NCBI GenBank assembly: GCA_951406725.2
Contig: OX597815.1
Span: 80,476,001-80,540,000 of the forward strand
Reading direction: 5' to 3'
DNA length: 64,000 nucleotides
From: Octopus vulgaris
Lineage: Eukaryota
The first letter of the stretch is position 1. The number at the start of each line of letters is the position of its first letter. Below are positions 1 through 11,086 of this stretch, one piece after another. The position numbers and the translations under genes were made by a program. A model generated the notes under the pieces. That model did not search any database, had not been told where the DNA came from, and saw only the letters and a program-made list of their open reading frames with translations.

Positions 1-1473
1 CATGCGCACAAACAAACAAAAAGGAACACAGTGTTAATTACGGACAGAGCCAAGTCTATTGAAAAGGTTGCAAGACGCAGCGAAAATTTTAGGAAAATAA
101 AAATAAGTGGAAATTTTACCGGTGAGTGTGCTGCATTATAAGGCACAAAAAGAAAATAACTCTCCCCAAACACAACAGATTATGCTTCATTACACGAACT
201 CATATAAAGAATCTTGCAAACTAAATCCAGAAATGAAATATATATATATTATAAAAAATTTAGGAGTATTTGAAAATGTAAAATGTTGCAATGGGTGGAT
301 TATGATGTATGCCGATATACTGGTCGGGAGTCAGTCGAAGATTCTGTATATATCAGAAAAGTTTGATATACATTTTAGATAACATTACTTCGTTCAATAA
401 TGATTTATGAAACTATAACACGGAAACTCTAATTTCCAAAATGATTCTTTTTTTTCTTAGCTATGATGTGGTATTCAAACTTTATATCTAGTTATTTTAG
501 AGAAATATTTAAAGAATTATTTTATGCAAAAACATTTTAATTTTGATTATACAATCACGGAATTTCAGAATATCAATACCGTGAAATGATTTAAAAAGAT
601 ATTTACATAATTCTTATGATAATTTTATAATTCAAATTCATTAAAATTGAAACATATATTGTATGGACATGTAACACTTGTTACAAGAGGGAAATACCAC
701 CAATTACTAAAAAGATGAAATTAATAACCACATAGTAATAGATATTGAAATGGAGAAGCAACGATTTTTTAATCTATTTATTTGTTTTAATGGTGGGAAT
801 GTACATCTTCATGAATTATAGATTATAAGTGTACAAATCTATATTGGTGAGATGAGGAATAATATCATGTATACTGTTTATATTAGTTGGGCTGGTTTCC
901 TAATCTTGATTGTTACTTTCACTGCGTTTCAGCTGTTGTATGCTCGAACCTTCTTCATGTGCCTTGTGTTGAACTCGGTTGTTGTATCGGAATTTCGAAC
1001 CTGACTCTGTATTCGATCTATAAGGGCGCACAAAGAATATAATACATAATATAAGCGTACATATGAATGTAAGAAGTTATTTGGAGAAATCATATTATTA
1101 AGGTTATAATCATATTATTAAAGTTATATTCCACATTTAAAAAAATGCGCCAACATTATTTGTATTTTGATTACTATTACATATTTTATAAAATTTTTGC
1201 CTCGAAAATTCACTGAAACACACGCACACACATACACACACATACGTGTGTGTGCACGCGCACATACACACACACGCGCGCGGGAGAGAGAGAGCGCATG
1301 CATGCACACACATTTAAGAACAAATACAGACACATGTACATAAATGCACATATGCATAGTTACTGGATTTTATAGGTCTAAAGATTGTGAAAAAAGCGAC
1401 TAACTACGACTGTCGATTCAAATATAATTAAAAATTTCGATAGAGACTTCAAAGTTTGACTAGCAAATACACA

Positions 1474-1521
<48 letters not shown>

Positions 1522-1551
1522 TACTATATAATTTTATATATATATGTATGT

Positions 1552-1635
<84 letters not shown>

Positions 1636-1783
1636 TTAAATTATTAATAAAATAGATGGAAAGAGAGTTTCTGATTCGGTTCTACGTACCGCTATATGTC
1701 CATCAACTTTGAGAATGAGTAAAAAACAGAGGTAAATTGAAACGCAAAAAATCCAAATATGAACGTGAAAATTATACATTCTA

Positions 1784-3053
1784 TTGGGTTGGCAACTAAG
1801 TTCCCGCCGTTTTTTTTTTAATTCAAATTTTTTAAGCGGTTAAATAAAAAATAACAACTAATTAATCAATAATGCATTCACCCTTGTTGTTTACAACTTC
1901 TTCCCAACGTTCAACAAGATTTTCAATGCATCGTTGGTAGAAATCACCTGATTTCGACTAGAAAAATTGATCCAACCAAGCTCTCAATTCTGCATCAGTA
2001 TTGAACGAAACTCTGCTCATGGCATTTGAAAGAGATCGAAAGAGGTGGAAATCCGTTGGTGCCAACTCAAGAAAGCACGGCAGGTGTGGCAGCACTTCCC
2101 AGCCATACGTTTGAATGGCTTACTTAGTCATATTGGCGGTATGAGGGCAGGTGTTGTCGTGCAGCAAAAGAACTCCATGCTGCCAATTAGGTCTTGCCTC
2201 TTGAATAGCCGTGTTGAGTCGTTCCATCTTTTGAACATAAAGTTCCGCGTTGACTGTTTGATTCCGTTCAAGTAATTCGTAATGGATAATCCCTTCCCAG
2301 TCCCACCATACGCGCAACATCGTTTTACGCTAATGAAGATCTTGTTTCAGGCGTGGTGTCATTTGTTTACCGGGGCTTAGCCATTCCTTACGCTGCTTCA
2401 TATTGATGTACAGGCACCATTGTTCGTCGCCAGTAACGATTCGGTTAAGAAATCGTTGCTTGTATCCATGAGTTGAGCGGTGTTGAGCAAGCAAACCAGC
2501 GGAGATTGTGGTTCGTTGGTTTTTGTTGTTGTCACTTAAAGCATGCGCAACACATGCTCCATACTTCTGAACCTTTCTCATCGAGTGAAGATGCTTCTCT
2601 ATAGCAGTGTGGGAGCATTGCATTTTCTCTGCCAGTTCCCCTGTCGTTTGACGAGAATTTTCGTGCAAAAGTTGGTTTAACTACTCTTCGTCGGACAGCC
2701 AGAACGAGGTACGTTTTTGAGGTCAAAATTTCCATTTTTGAACTTGGCATACCAATCACGAACGGTTCTTTCAGCAATGGCACCCTCTCCATACTCAGTA
2801 GAAATGTCGCGAGCAGCTTTTGCCGTATTAGAACCTTGATTAAAAGCAAAAAGAAAGAGGTGTCGAAAATGCTCGTTTTTCTTAACTTGACATTCCATTT
2901 TAATGATCTGAAAATAAACAAAAATTGACTAAAATTAACTAGGAAAAAAAAGATTCAAAAATGATTCGGAAATAGAATTCTCGAAAAAAATAGATTCCAA
3001 ATTTAAAAATGCAATAAGTTCCAAAATTTGTAAAAAAAGGCAGGAACTCAGTT
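1784..3053 (-). mobile_element. mariner (D,D34D) transposon, mellifera-subfamily-like, defective; right TIR truncated
   Basis: TA followed by TIR TTGGGTTGGCAACTAAGTTCCCGCCGTTTTT at 1784; partial inverted copy AAAAAAGGCAGGAACTCAGTT at ~3032-3053; transposase pieces in ORFs 2677-2898, 2330-2668 and 2120-2320. Confidence 0.93.
1862..2898 (-). pseudogene. mariner transposase pseudogene (frameshifts and stops)
   Basis: N-terminal HTH MECQVKKNEHFRHLFLFAFNQG...WYAKFKNGNFDL; catalytic motifs IVTGDEQW, LHDNTCPH and LAPTDFHLFRSL; C-terminus ERWEEVVNNKGECIID* ends at 1862. Confidence 0.92.
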
Positions 3054-3398
3054 TAGAGAAAATGACGCTGTTGTAACTGTTAAGAGAAAGAAAATAATGT
3101 AGAAGTTGAAAGAATGATAATACTTAGACGAATTTTTTTTTGTCTTCGTGCTTAGATGCACATATACATACACAGATACATATATATACGTACATATATA
3201 TACGCGCTCACACACGCACACCCAAGTATATGGGTATATAAATATAACTAGATACACGTGCATGCACAAACGCATGCACGAATACATATAGATGTATAGG
3301 AACTTTAATTTCTCTGTTTTTTTACCTATTCTCGAAGTTGATGGGCCTATAGCGGTACGTAAAACCGAATCAGAAAATCTCTAGTAAGACTTTTTTTA

Positions 3399-3448
3399 TT
3401 GATATTCCGAATGAGACCCAGAACGGGTCGAAACATGTGTCGTATCAA
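3399..3448 (+). ncRNA. degenerate minimal type-I hammerhead ribozyme (PLE-type)
   Basis: TTGATA..CCGAATGA-GACCC-agaac-GGGTC-GAAA-CATGT-GTC-gTATCAA. Stem I is TTGATA/TATCAA, stem II is a perfect 5 bp, the ACATGT palindrome and GUC site are present, and the 5' core is mutated. Confidence 0.6.
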
Positions 3449-3604
3449 ATAAAACATTTTACTCTTTCCATAAATTTTATTAATATTATTACTCCAACCG
3501 CCACTACAAAGTTCCTGCAATAAATCTACGGATAACAACAGGTAATCGATACTATGCCGGTGCTTTACTCATCATCTATTTATACATTTTATATAATTTC
3601 TCCA

Positions 3605-3672
<68 letters not shown>

Positions 3673-3679
3673 GAAGTTT

Positions 3680-3845
3680 GCAGAAAAACAAAAGATGCAG
3701 GCAGGTGTATAAACAAGTAGATGTATTAGTTTGACGCTCAGGTAAGTGAGAAAGTCTTTTACGTTTCTTGCCTACGCTCGTCAACAGAAAGGAACACGAG
3801 GAAATAAACAGAGAGAGAATTTTAAAAAATTGCGGATTTAGCTGT
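3680..3845 (-). repeat. short PLE-pLTR-like dispersed repeat with HHR-like motif (core CUGUUGA)
   Basis: Homologous to 32831-32971 and 33000-33174; minus strand reads TTT-CTGTTGA-CGAGCGTAGGCAA-GAAA-CG-TA-AAAGA. Confidence 0.6.
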
Positions 3846-5229
3846 CATATACATACATACACATGCATGTATTTATATGTGTGCGCATGTGTGAGTGTGT
3901 ATGTGTGTGAGTGTGTGAGTGTGTGAGAGAGAGAGATTGTGTGTAAATTACCTCCAAATCAAAAATTATTTTTGGTACACATATACCGAAACTTTAATAT
4001 ATAAGTACATTTCTACGAACATCAATGGCATCCTATTAGTTTCATCCTCGTTACAGGCTTGCTACTTTAATGATAAATTAGAAGCATTTCCCAGTGGCAA
4101 TTAATATCCACAGAACTTCGATTCTAGCCGAATATCACATTTTAATACAGTTACTTAACTGTTTCTAACAATCAATATTTAATATCTATTTAATTATTGA
4201 ATTCATTCACTTCAACTTCTTAATAAACCATTAATTCTATTAAATTTCTTTAAATTTTGTGCCATTGTAATTAACTTTCTTACACTTGTTGTTATTTAAC
4301 TGTCACTATTTGAACCTATTAAATTTACCCCAACTCAATACTATTACTAGATCACACTTCTTACGCAACTTCTTAATCTTTTAATTATTCCTTTTATATT
4401 CCTCGTTACTCCTTTTATATCTCTGGTATATTTATTGACTTATTTTTCCATTATATACACTTTTACGCATTTTCTTTTTATTTCATATCATGTTTTTTTA
4501 TAATATTTGGTTAGATTATACCATTGTTTCTACATATACCAAATTGCTCGAGGTAATGGCATGTAGTTTATACAAATAGGCACTACAGATGTGTACTATC
4601 CCTTTCAAAAAGTATTATTTTTGATATACGCAATAAATTTTTATATCACATAGTACTTTATTATATATTATACTGCAGTATATAGTTTACACATATATAT
4701 TTCACTGATAGGTCACAAAACGGATAAAATATATTTTTATTTTAAGATAGGTAAGTTTTATCAAATAAGTATTGCCTTGTTTTAAAATATACTAAATTAT
4801 TCTAAATAATATATAGTTTAGATACATACATATTGATACGTCATGATCCTGTAAAAGATAATGCCATTTTAGATCTCATGCTTTCGTTCATGCACTTAAG
4901 TTATTTTATGTATCTTATTCAAATTTGGAACCGAAATTTATCTCATAAATTTATATAAATTAAATATCCACAATTAATTATAACCATTCTTGTCGTAATA
5001 AATTAAATAAAAAATAATAATTTAAACGATAAAACCAAGCTGGTTTTCATCGGTTTGAACTCGGATCATATATAATTTTAAAAATCGAACAAATTTACCT
5101 AACAAAGTCTTTACACCTTAAGGTGTATAAATCCCTTCTATTAAATTCACGTCATTTTGGCTATATCGAAATGCACTCATTTCCATGTACGTTTCTTTAA
5201 ATTTATATCATATCCTCTAGTTACATCGT

Positions 5230-5570
5230 TTTTAGCTAAATGAGTCGGCTATTTCTTTCCCAACACTGCGCCCAACTATTACACCTTCCATGTTATGGAC
5301 TCTAACAGCTGTACTTCTAACAGCTTTATGTACGCGTTCATACGCCCCCTCTGCGATTCTGTTGACATAAGGCAGATCGATCACCGATTGTCTAACAGAT
5401 TCGCGGAGATTTCAGAAATATCCTTCTTAACAACAGGTCACCTGTCCGTCAACATTTCCACTCTAGCGACCTCGCTACCTGCCGGCTCTCGCTTTTCAGC
5501 GGAGTCTCTAGCACTTAACCTCCCACCTCTCGCTTCCAGTGTGAATAGAAAAGTCAGTATATTATATACT
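5230..5570 (+). pseudogene. degenerate Penelope-like GIY-YIG endonuclease fragment
   Basis: ORF 5295 DSNSCTSNSFMYAFIRPLCDSVDIRQIDHRLSNRF aligns by eye with DSFTCTSRNVIYSISCSLCPSIYIGQTGRRLADRF of the PLE at ~50700. Confidence 0.65.
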
Positions 5571-5684
5571 TCTATATTCCCTCTCTCTCCATCCCTCCTT
5601 CCCTCTCTGCCTGTCCCTCTCTCTCTATAAGAATGTATATATATGTATGAGTGTATACATACATGCATACACATACCTACATAA

Positions 5685-5733
<49 letters not shown>

Positions 5734-5737
5734 CTCA

Positions 5738-5908
5738 TTTCTTTACTACCCACAAGAGGGCTAAATATAGAGGAGACAAACAAAGACAAAATGCTTAAGT
5801 CCATTACATGACCTTAGTGCGTAACTGACACTTATTCAATCGACCCAGGAAGGATGAGAGGCAAAGTCTACCTCGACGTAACGGCAGAAGAAATACCGCT
5901 AAGCATTG
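5738..5908 (-). mobile_element. tRNA-derived SINE family A, partial
   Basis: Reverse complement of the 21115-21345 element (TCTTTACTACCCACAAG...GGCAAAGTC...AAATACCGCTAAGCATT). Confidence 0.8.
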
Positions 5909-5911
5909 ATA

Positions 5912-6299
5912 TCTCTCTATATATAAACGGCAGTTTGTCTGTGCGTGTTTCTGTGTGTCTGTTTTCTCGTACCCTCACCCTGACCACGGCTTTCAACCGA
6001 TTCTGATGAAACTTGACACACACATAGCCCAATGTCATAATTCAAAACTAACGCAGCGAAAATTTTGAAAAGTTAACCCCAGTTCTGAAAAAAATCGATA
6101 AATTTGACATGGGGTCGAGAATCAAAAAAAAACAAACCACAGACTGTCTAGGGGACGCAACTCAACCTTTTTTTACTCTCAAAAAAAAATTTACCATAAT
6201 TTTTTTTCCATTTTTTTGCTATTTTTTGGCTATAACTCTCTAAAAATGCTTTATAGTTATTTCCCTTACAAACCTGAGCAACGCCGGGCGATACTGCTA

Positions 6300-6300
<1 letters not shown>
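5912..6300 (+). mobile_element. non-autonomous Helitron
   Basis: 5' TC followed by TATATATAAA; subterminal GC hairpin CCTGAGCAACGCCGGG; 3' CTAG at 6297-6300; inserted between A and T. Confidence 0.75.
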
Positions 6301-6367
<67 letters not shown>

Positions 6368-6482
6368 GGGAAAACAAAAACCAAGGCAGGACGAGTATCT
6401 CAAGTCATTAGGAATATTTAATTAGAATAAGGTGAATTTGAATCAATTTATTAATTAGTTAATCAATTAATTAATTATTGAA

Positions 6483-6565
6483 TGTCTTACAGCTGTTTCT
6501 TGGATATCCCAAGTGATAGGTTAGCATCTCCCTCCATACACTAGGTATTCCGTCATCAAGGTCAA
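6483..6565 (-). ncRNA. hammerhead ribozyme copy on the opposite strand (C3 mutated: UUGAUGA)
   Basis: Minus strand reads TTGATGA-CGGAATACC...GGATATCCAA-GAAA-CAGCTG-TA-AGACA. Confidence 0.6.
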
Positions 6566-6630
6566 GGTGAGTATATATGACATTTCTAGACAGTTAATTC
6601 CCTGTCTAGAACTTTCATATATACTCACCT

Positions 6631-6707
6631 TGTCTCTGATGACAGAATACCCAGTGTAGGAGATGCTAGCCTATCACTTGCGATATCTCAGAAACAGCTG
6701 TAAGACA
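6631..6707 (+). ncRNA. type-I hammerhead ribozyme, consensus core intact
   Basis: TGTCT-CTGATGA(6636-6642)-long imperfect stem II-GAAA(6691-6694)-CAGCTG-TA-AGACA. Stem I is TGTCT/AGACA, stem III is the palindrome ACAGCTGT, and the cleavage triplet is GUA. Confidence 0.72.
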
Positions 6708-7002
6708 TACAAAAATTTATTCAATAACTAGTTAGCAAATTAATTAATTAATTCATCCAAATTCACCTTGCTCTAGTTAAATATTATAAATGACTTGTGA
6801 TATTCGTCCTGCCTTGGTTTTTGTTGTCCTTTTTCCTCTAACATGTACCTGCTAACTCGGAAGCCTACTACACATCCCTAGCTCCAGCCTCAGCTGTGAA
6901 CTTGGAACCCAACGGATGACCAATTATAGCACTTACACAGCGTATATATTCGTTTAGATCACCAGTGATCTCAATCCCTCATATTCTTCATATATCTATA
7001 TC

Positions 7003-7095
<93 letters not shown>

Positions 7096-7198
7096 GATGA
7101 AAAATAATTAATTTAATAAAATTAATAAATTTCACCTAGTAGTTTTTTTCTGTATGGAAATTACCATATTCGGTTAGGATTATATATATTATTATAAT

Positions 7199-7275
<77 letters not shown>

Positions 7276-7308
7276 GTGTGTGTGTGTGTGTGTGATATGT
7301 ATATAGAG

Positions 7309-7384
7309 ATAGGGATCGGGGCCTGGAACCAACCCCGTGAACGAGGAATTCCCGGTAGGCGCGGGTCATCAGCCCGCGTCGATC

Positions 7385-7427
<43 letters not shown>

Positions 7428-7551
7428 CGAACGGTCCGGTGAGGTCCTCGGATCTGGCCGACGAGTCCGCTTACGCGCGGCGGCGTTTTGCGCCGTCGTC
7501 GGCGCGTTCTCTGATGGCCCGGAGAAGACGACCGAACCCGATCGCTTAGAA

Positions 7552-7604
<53 letters not shown>
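7309..7604 (+). rRNA. 18S rRNA: 18S rRNA 3'-terminal fragment (orphan/pseudogene)
   Basis: Universal motifs GTCCCTGCCCTTTGTACACACCGCCCGTCGCT and AAGTCGTAACAAGGTTTCCGTAGGTGAACCTGCGGAAGGATCATTA; begins abruptly after a (TG)n tract. Confidence 0.97.
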
Positions 7605-8607
7605 GCGCCGTGTTCTCGAAAGAGAAAGAAAATAAACGTTCGCGATCCGCCCGATTTCTTTTCGTAAGTCGCGGCCGGGCCCCCTCGCCCGAGTACCACC
7701 GAATGCTCTTGATTCGGCTCTCTAACAGCGCAGCAGTAGCGGTCGCGGCAGCCCGCCGTCACACGCCGCGACTCTCTGCTGCCGACCGCGCAACCACCCT
7801 GCCGGCGTCGGCCCGCCCTCATGGCGCTCGGACGACGGGGCTTGCACGCTTTGCGAGCTCCATGACCATTTTCTCTCTTCCTTCCTGCCTCGCCGACCGC
7901 GCGATTCGGCCTAGGCCGTGGGCGCCGCCCGGCGCCTTCCGATGACCACCGTAACGCGCGGCCGTCTTTTTTTATTTCCTCGCCTCCTAGCGCGCAGTCT
8001 CTTCGCGAGACTTGCCGAGCCAAAAAGTCGCGGCCGGGCCCCCTCGCCCGAGTACCACCGAATGCTCTTGATTCGGCCCTCTAACAGCGCAGCAGTAGCA
8101 GTCGCGGCAGCCCGCCGACGCGCCGCGACTCTCTGCTGCCGACCGCGCAACCACCCTGCCGGCGTCGGCCCGCCCTCATGGCGCTCGGACGACGGGGCTT
8201 GCACGCTTTGCGAGCTCCATGACCATTTTCTCTCTTCCTTCCTGCCTCGCCGACCGCACGATTCGGCCTAGGCCGGGGGCGCCGCCCGGCGCCTACCGAT
8301 GACCACCGTAACGCGCGGCCGTCTTTTTTATTTCCTCGCCTCCTAGCGCGCAGTCTCTTCGCGAGACTTGCCGAGCCAAAAAGTCGCGGCCGGGCCCCCT
8401 CGCCCGAGTACCACCGAATGCTCTTGATTCGGCCCTCTAACAGCGCAGCAGTAGCCGTCGCCGCAGCCCGCCGACACGCCACGACTCTCTGCTGCCGACC
8501 GCGCAACCACCCTGCCGGTGTCGGCCCGCCCTCATGGCGCTCGGACGACGGGGCTTGCACGCTTTGCGAGCTCCATGACCATTTCTCTCTTCCTTCCTAC
8601 CTCGCCG
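7605..8607 (+). other. ITS1-derived GC-rich sequence; no 5.8S reached
   Basis: Directly follows GGATCATTA; sharp return to AT-rich sequence at ~8607. Confidence 0.75.
7666..8607 (+). repeat. tandem repeat, ~357-bp unit, ~2.6 copies
   Basis: AAGTCGCGGCCGGGCCCCCTCGCCCGAGTACCACCGAATGCTC starts at 7666, 8025 and 8381; the copies are nearly identical. Confidence 0.95.
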
Positions 8608-9240
8608 TTGTGGAATGCTTAATTATATAAACATTAATTCAATGAACTTGTCAGCATAATTGATCAAACAGCTGAATACGCTTGATTGGAAATTCTAACC
8701 GAGATCCATATTTCGAAAATCGAGTGATATATGTTTTTAAAGGATTTTTAAAGAGAGAAAAAACCTTGCACATACCCAGTCCCCCTCACTGGACAGTGTA
8801 TGCAGTTGGAGATTTACCCTTAGTGTTACCGGTAACATATAACCCAATAGAATCTCCTACATAATCTGGCCGTCGGTGATTAAACCACAATTCGTGTAAG
8901 TCTACATCCGTGCATAAATACACACACACACACACACACACACACATTTACACACATTTACGATAGTGCAGGTGTAGCTGTGTGAAAAGAAATTTGCTTC
9001 ATAACCGTATGGTTTCGAATGGAGCCTTGGGTCAGTGTCTTCTACTATAGCTCCGGACGGATCTATCTATCTATTAAAAAAATAACATTCAGGAACAATA
9101 ATATGTTATTGGCGTCCAAGGCTGAAGGCATTTCCCATATCGAAGTTTGATAAGCTGAGAAAGTTTTGTATAGCTCACAGTTAGCAGTTAGATTTGCTAT
9201 GAATGCGAATAAAAATCTAAACTGAGGACGTGGAACAAAT

Positions 9241-9312
9241 AAAATCCAGGCTATATATGGTTCCTAGCTAGCAGATCCTCTGGCTAGCTAGGAAATATGG
9301 AGCCTGGATTTT
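9241..9312. repeat. short inverted repeat/hairpin
   Basis: AAAATCCAGGCT...TTCCTAGCTAGC-agatcctct-GGCTAGCTAGGAA...AGCCTGGATTTT. Confidence 0.8.
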
Positions 9313-9329
9313 ACCTTTCTCTCAATTTG

Positions 9330-9370
<41 letters not shown>

Positions 9371-11019
9371 AATGCATATTCGCGTGTGTGTGTGTGTACT
9401 TGTGTATATGTGTGCATGCATATTTATACGTATAGAGAGAAAGAGAATGAGAAAGGAATCACTTTGTTCGTAATAAAAGGAATACCTTGGTCTCATGGAG
9501 ATTTATGGGAGTATAAGTAGAAGTATCAGTAATAAAAGAATTAAGAGAAAGAAAGTGTGGGAGTGAGAAGGGGCTCTTACATTCTGAATAAATACCAATG
9601 AAGTTGTTTATCGAGTACAAGTTACACATAAATATTTTGATTACCTATATTTCTTATTGTTTCTGGCTTCATTTCTTTCTTTTTTCTCTCTCTCTCTTTC
9701 TCACTTGTATTCATTTTCACTTTGTTTTTCTTTTTCATTCCTCATATTTTTGTATGGCAATATACTAGACTTCTAATAATTTATCATTTTTGTTTCTTTT
9801 CTTATAATTTTTGTTTGTTTGTTTCTTTCTTTGCTTCCATTCTCTCTTCCTTCTTAGCTCTTTGTCTTTCTTGTTTTTCAACTAATTTATTTCTTCTTTT
9901 CAACTAATTTATTTCTTCTTTTCAACTAATTTATTTCTTCTTTTCATTCACTCGGCCTCTAGTTTTCACTGTTGAAACTATCCGCTTATATGTGCAAAGC
10001 GGCTTTTCATTAACCCCAATGAAATTATATGCAACACTTCAAACGTATGGCCTGCGCCACTATAACAAATCTATATGAGTGTAGCCTCAAAGCTCTCTTT
10101 CTTTGACCACAGAGTTCGATTCTTAGAATCAATATGTATTTGGTTGTTTACAATGAGTGGAGCTATGGTTGCGCTCGAACATCTTATGATAGCTTCTCAT
10201 CATAGAACAAACTGAGGCCCCACTATGCAGTTTGATATTTTGTTGGGGTTGGGAATTATCGAATATTTATCTGGTTCATAAACGAAACAATATCGGAGGC
10301 TCTGCTCGGTAGTTAGGCCTACATCACATAGCATCAAGATTTCCTTCCTTTTACACTTTGCAGCCTTCAGAAATGTCTTAGATGAACTACATTTAAAACA
10401 AAGAGGGTGCTCACGTGCCTTAGGTAACTGGTCTTTAATCGGTCCCGATTAATCTTAAGGGTAAACTGCTGCAACTGACTTTCAAAGAAATCAACAAGAT
10501 GGCCTCTATGCAGTCCTTCAGTCTCCTAAATTAGCAACCGACTCTTCCACAATTTACATTCAGTCTTCCTTAAAAAAGAAAAGACAATGTAATCAGAAAT
10601 ATAATTTAATTCTTGATACAATACATTGAGACAGTATGACCACAGCTAAATAACAACTGCTTTCTGTCATTTCCTCAATTAAGAAGTCAGTATAATTTAG
10701 TAGATATATCATGAAAGAGTCCTCTTATCCATTTCACAACTCATAAAACATGTTCTATTCACGTTAAATTTATTTCTTGAGGTACAAAAATTATCATCCC
10801 ACATCGACTGCAGGACCATTTATATAATCTCTAGATTCACAAAGAAATTACATACAAATGAATATGATAGATTGTGTGTGTTCATAAACAGCTAACACTG
10901 CTTTTTACACTATGCAATTGCATCTCTAGAAAAGAGGAAGAAATATTTTTGAATAAAATAATTTGAATGCTCCGTTGCTCTATAACATATATATATATAT
11001 AGATACACACACACACACA

Positions 11020-11086
<67 letters not shown>

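Larger units (their letters stand above)
6364..6840. repeat. ~475-bp imperfect palindrome (inverted PLE pLTR-like pair)
   Basis: AAAACAAAAACCAAGGCAGGACGA... at the left end mirrors ...TCGTCCTGCCTTGGTTTTTGTT at the right end; centre TCTAGACAG-ttaattcc-CTGTCTAGA at ~6585-6610. Confidence 0.92.

Noticed and set aside
5995-6020. CTGATGAAAC as a hammerhead core
   Set aside because: No stem II or stem I; it is a common Helitron-internal motif.
7955-8070. HDV-like ribozyme in the ITS repeat (CGCCTCCTAGCG resembles P3/L3)
   Set aside because: Could not build P1, P1.1 or P2 pairings.
7136-8630. Several long Arg/Ala-rich ORFs
   Set aside because: Stop-poor frames of GC-rich rDNA/ITS repeats.
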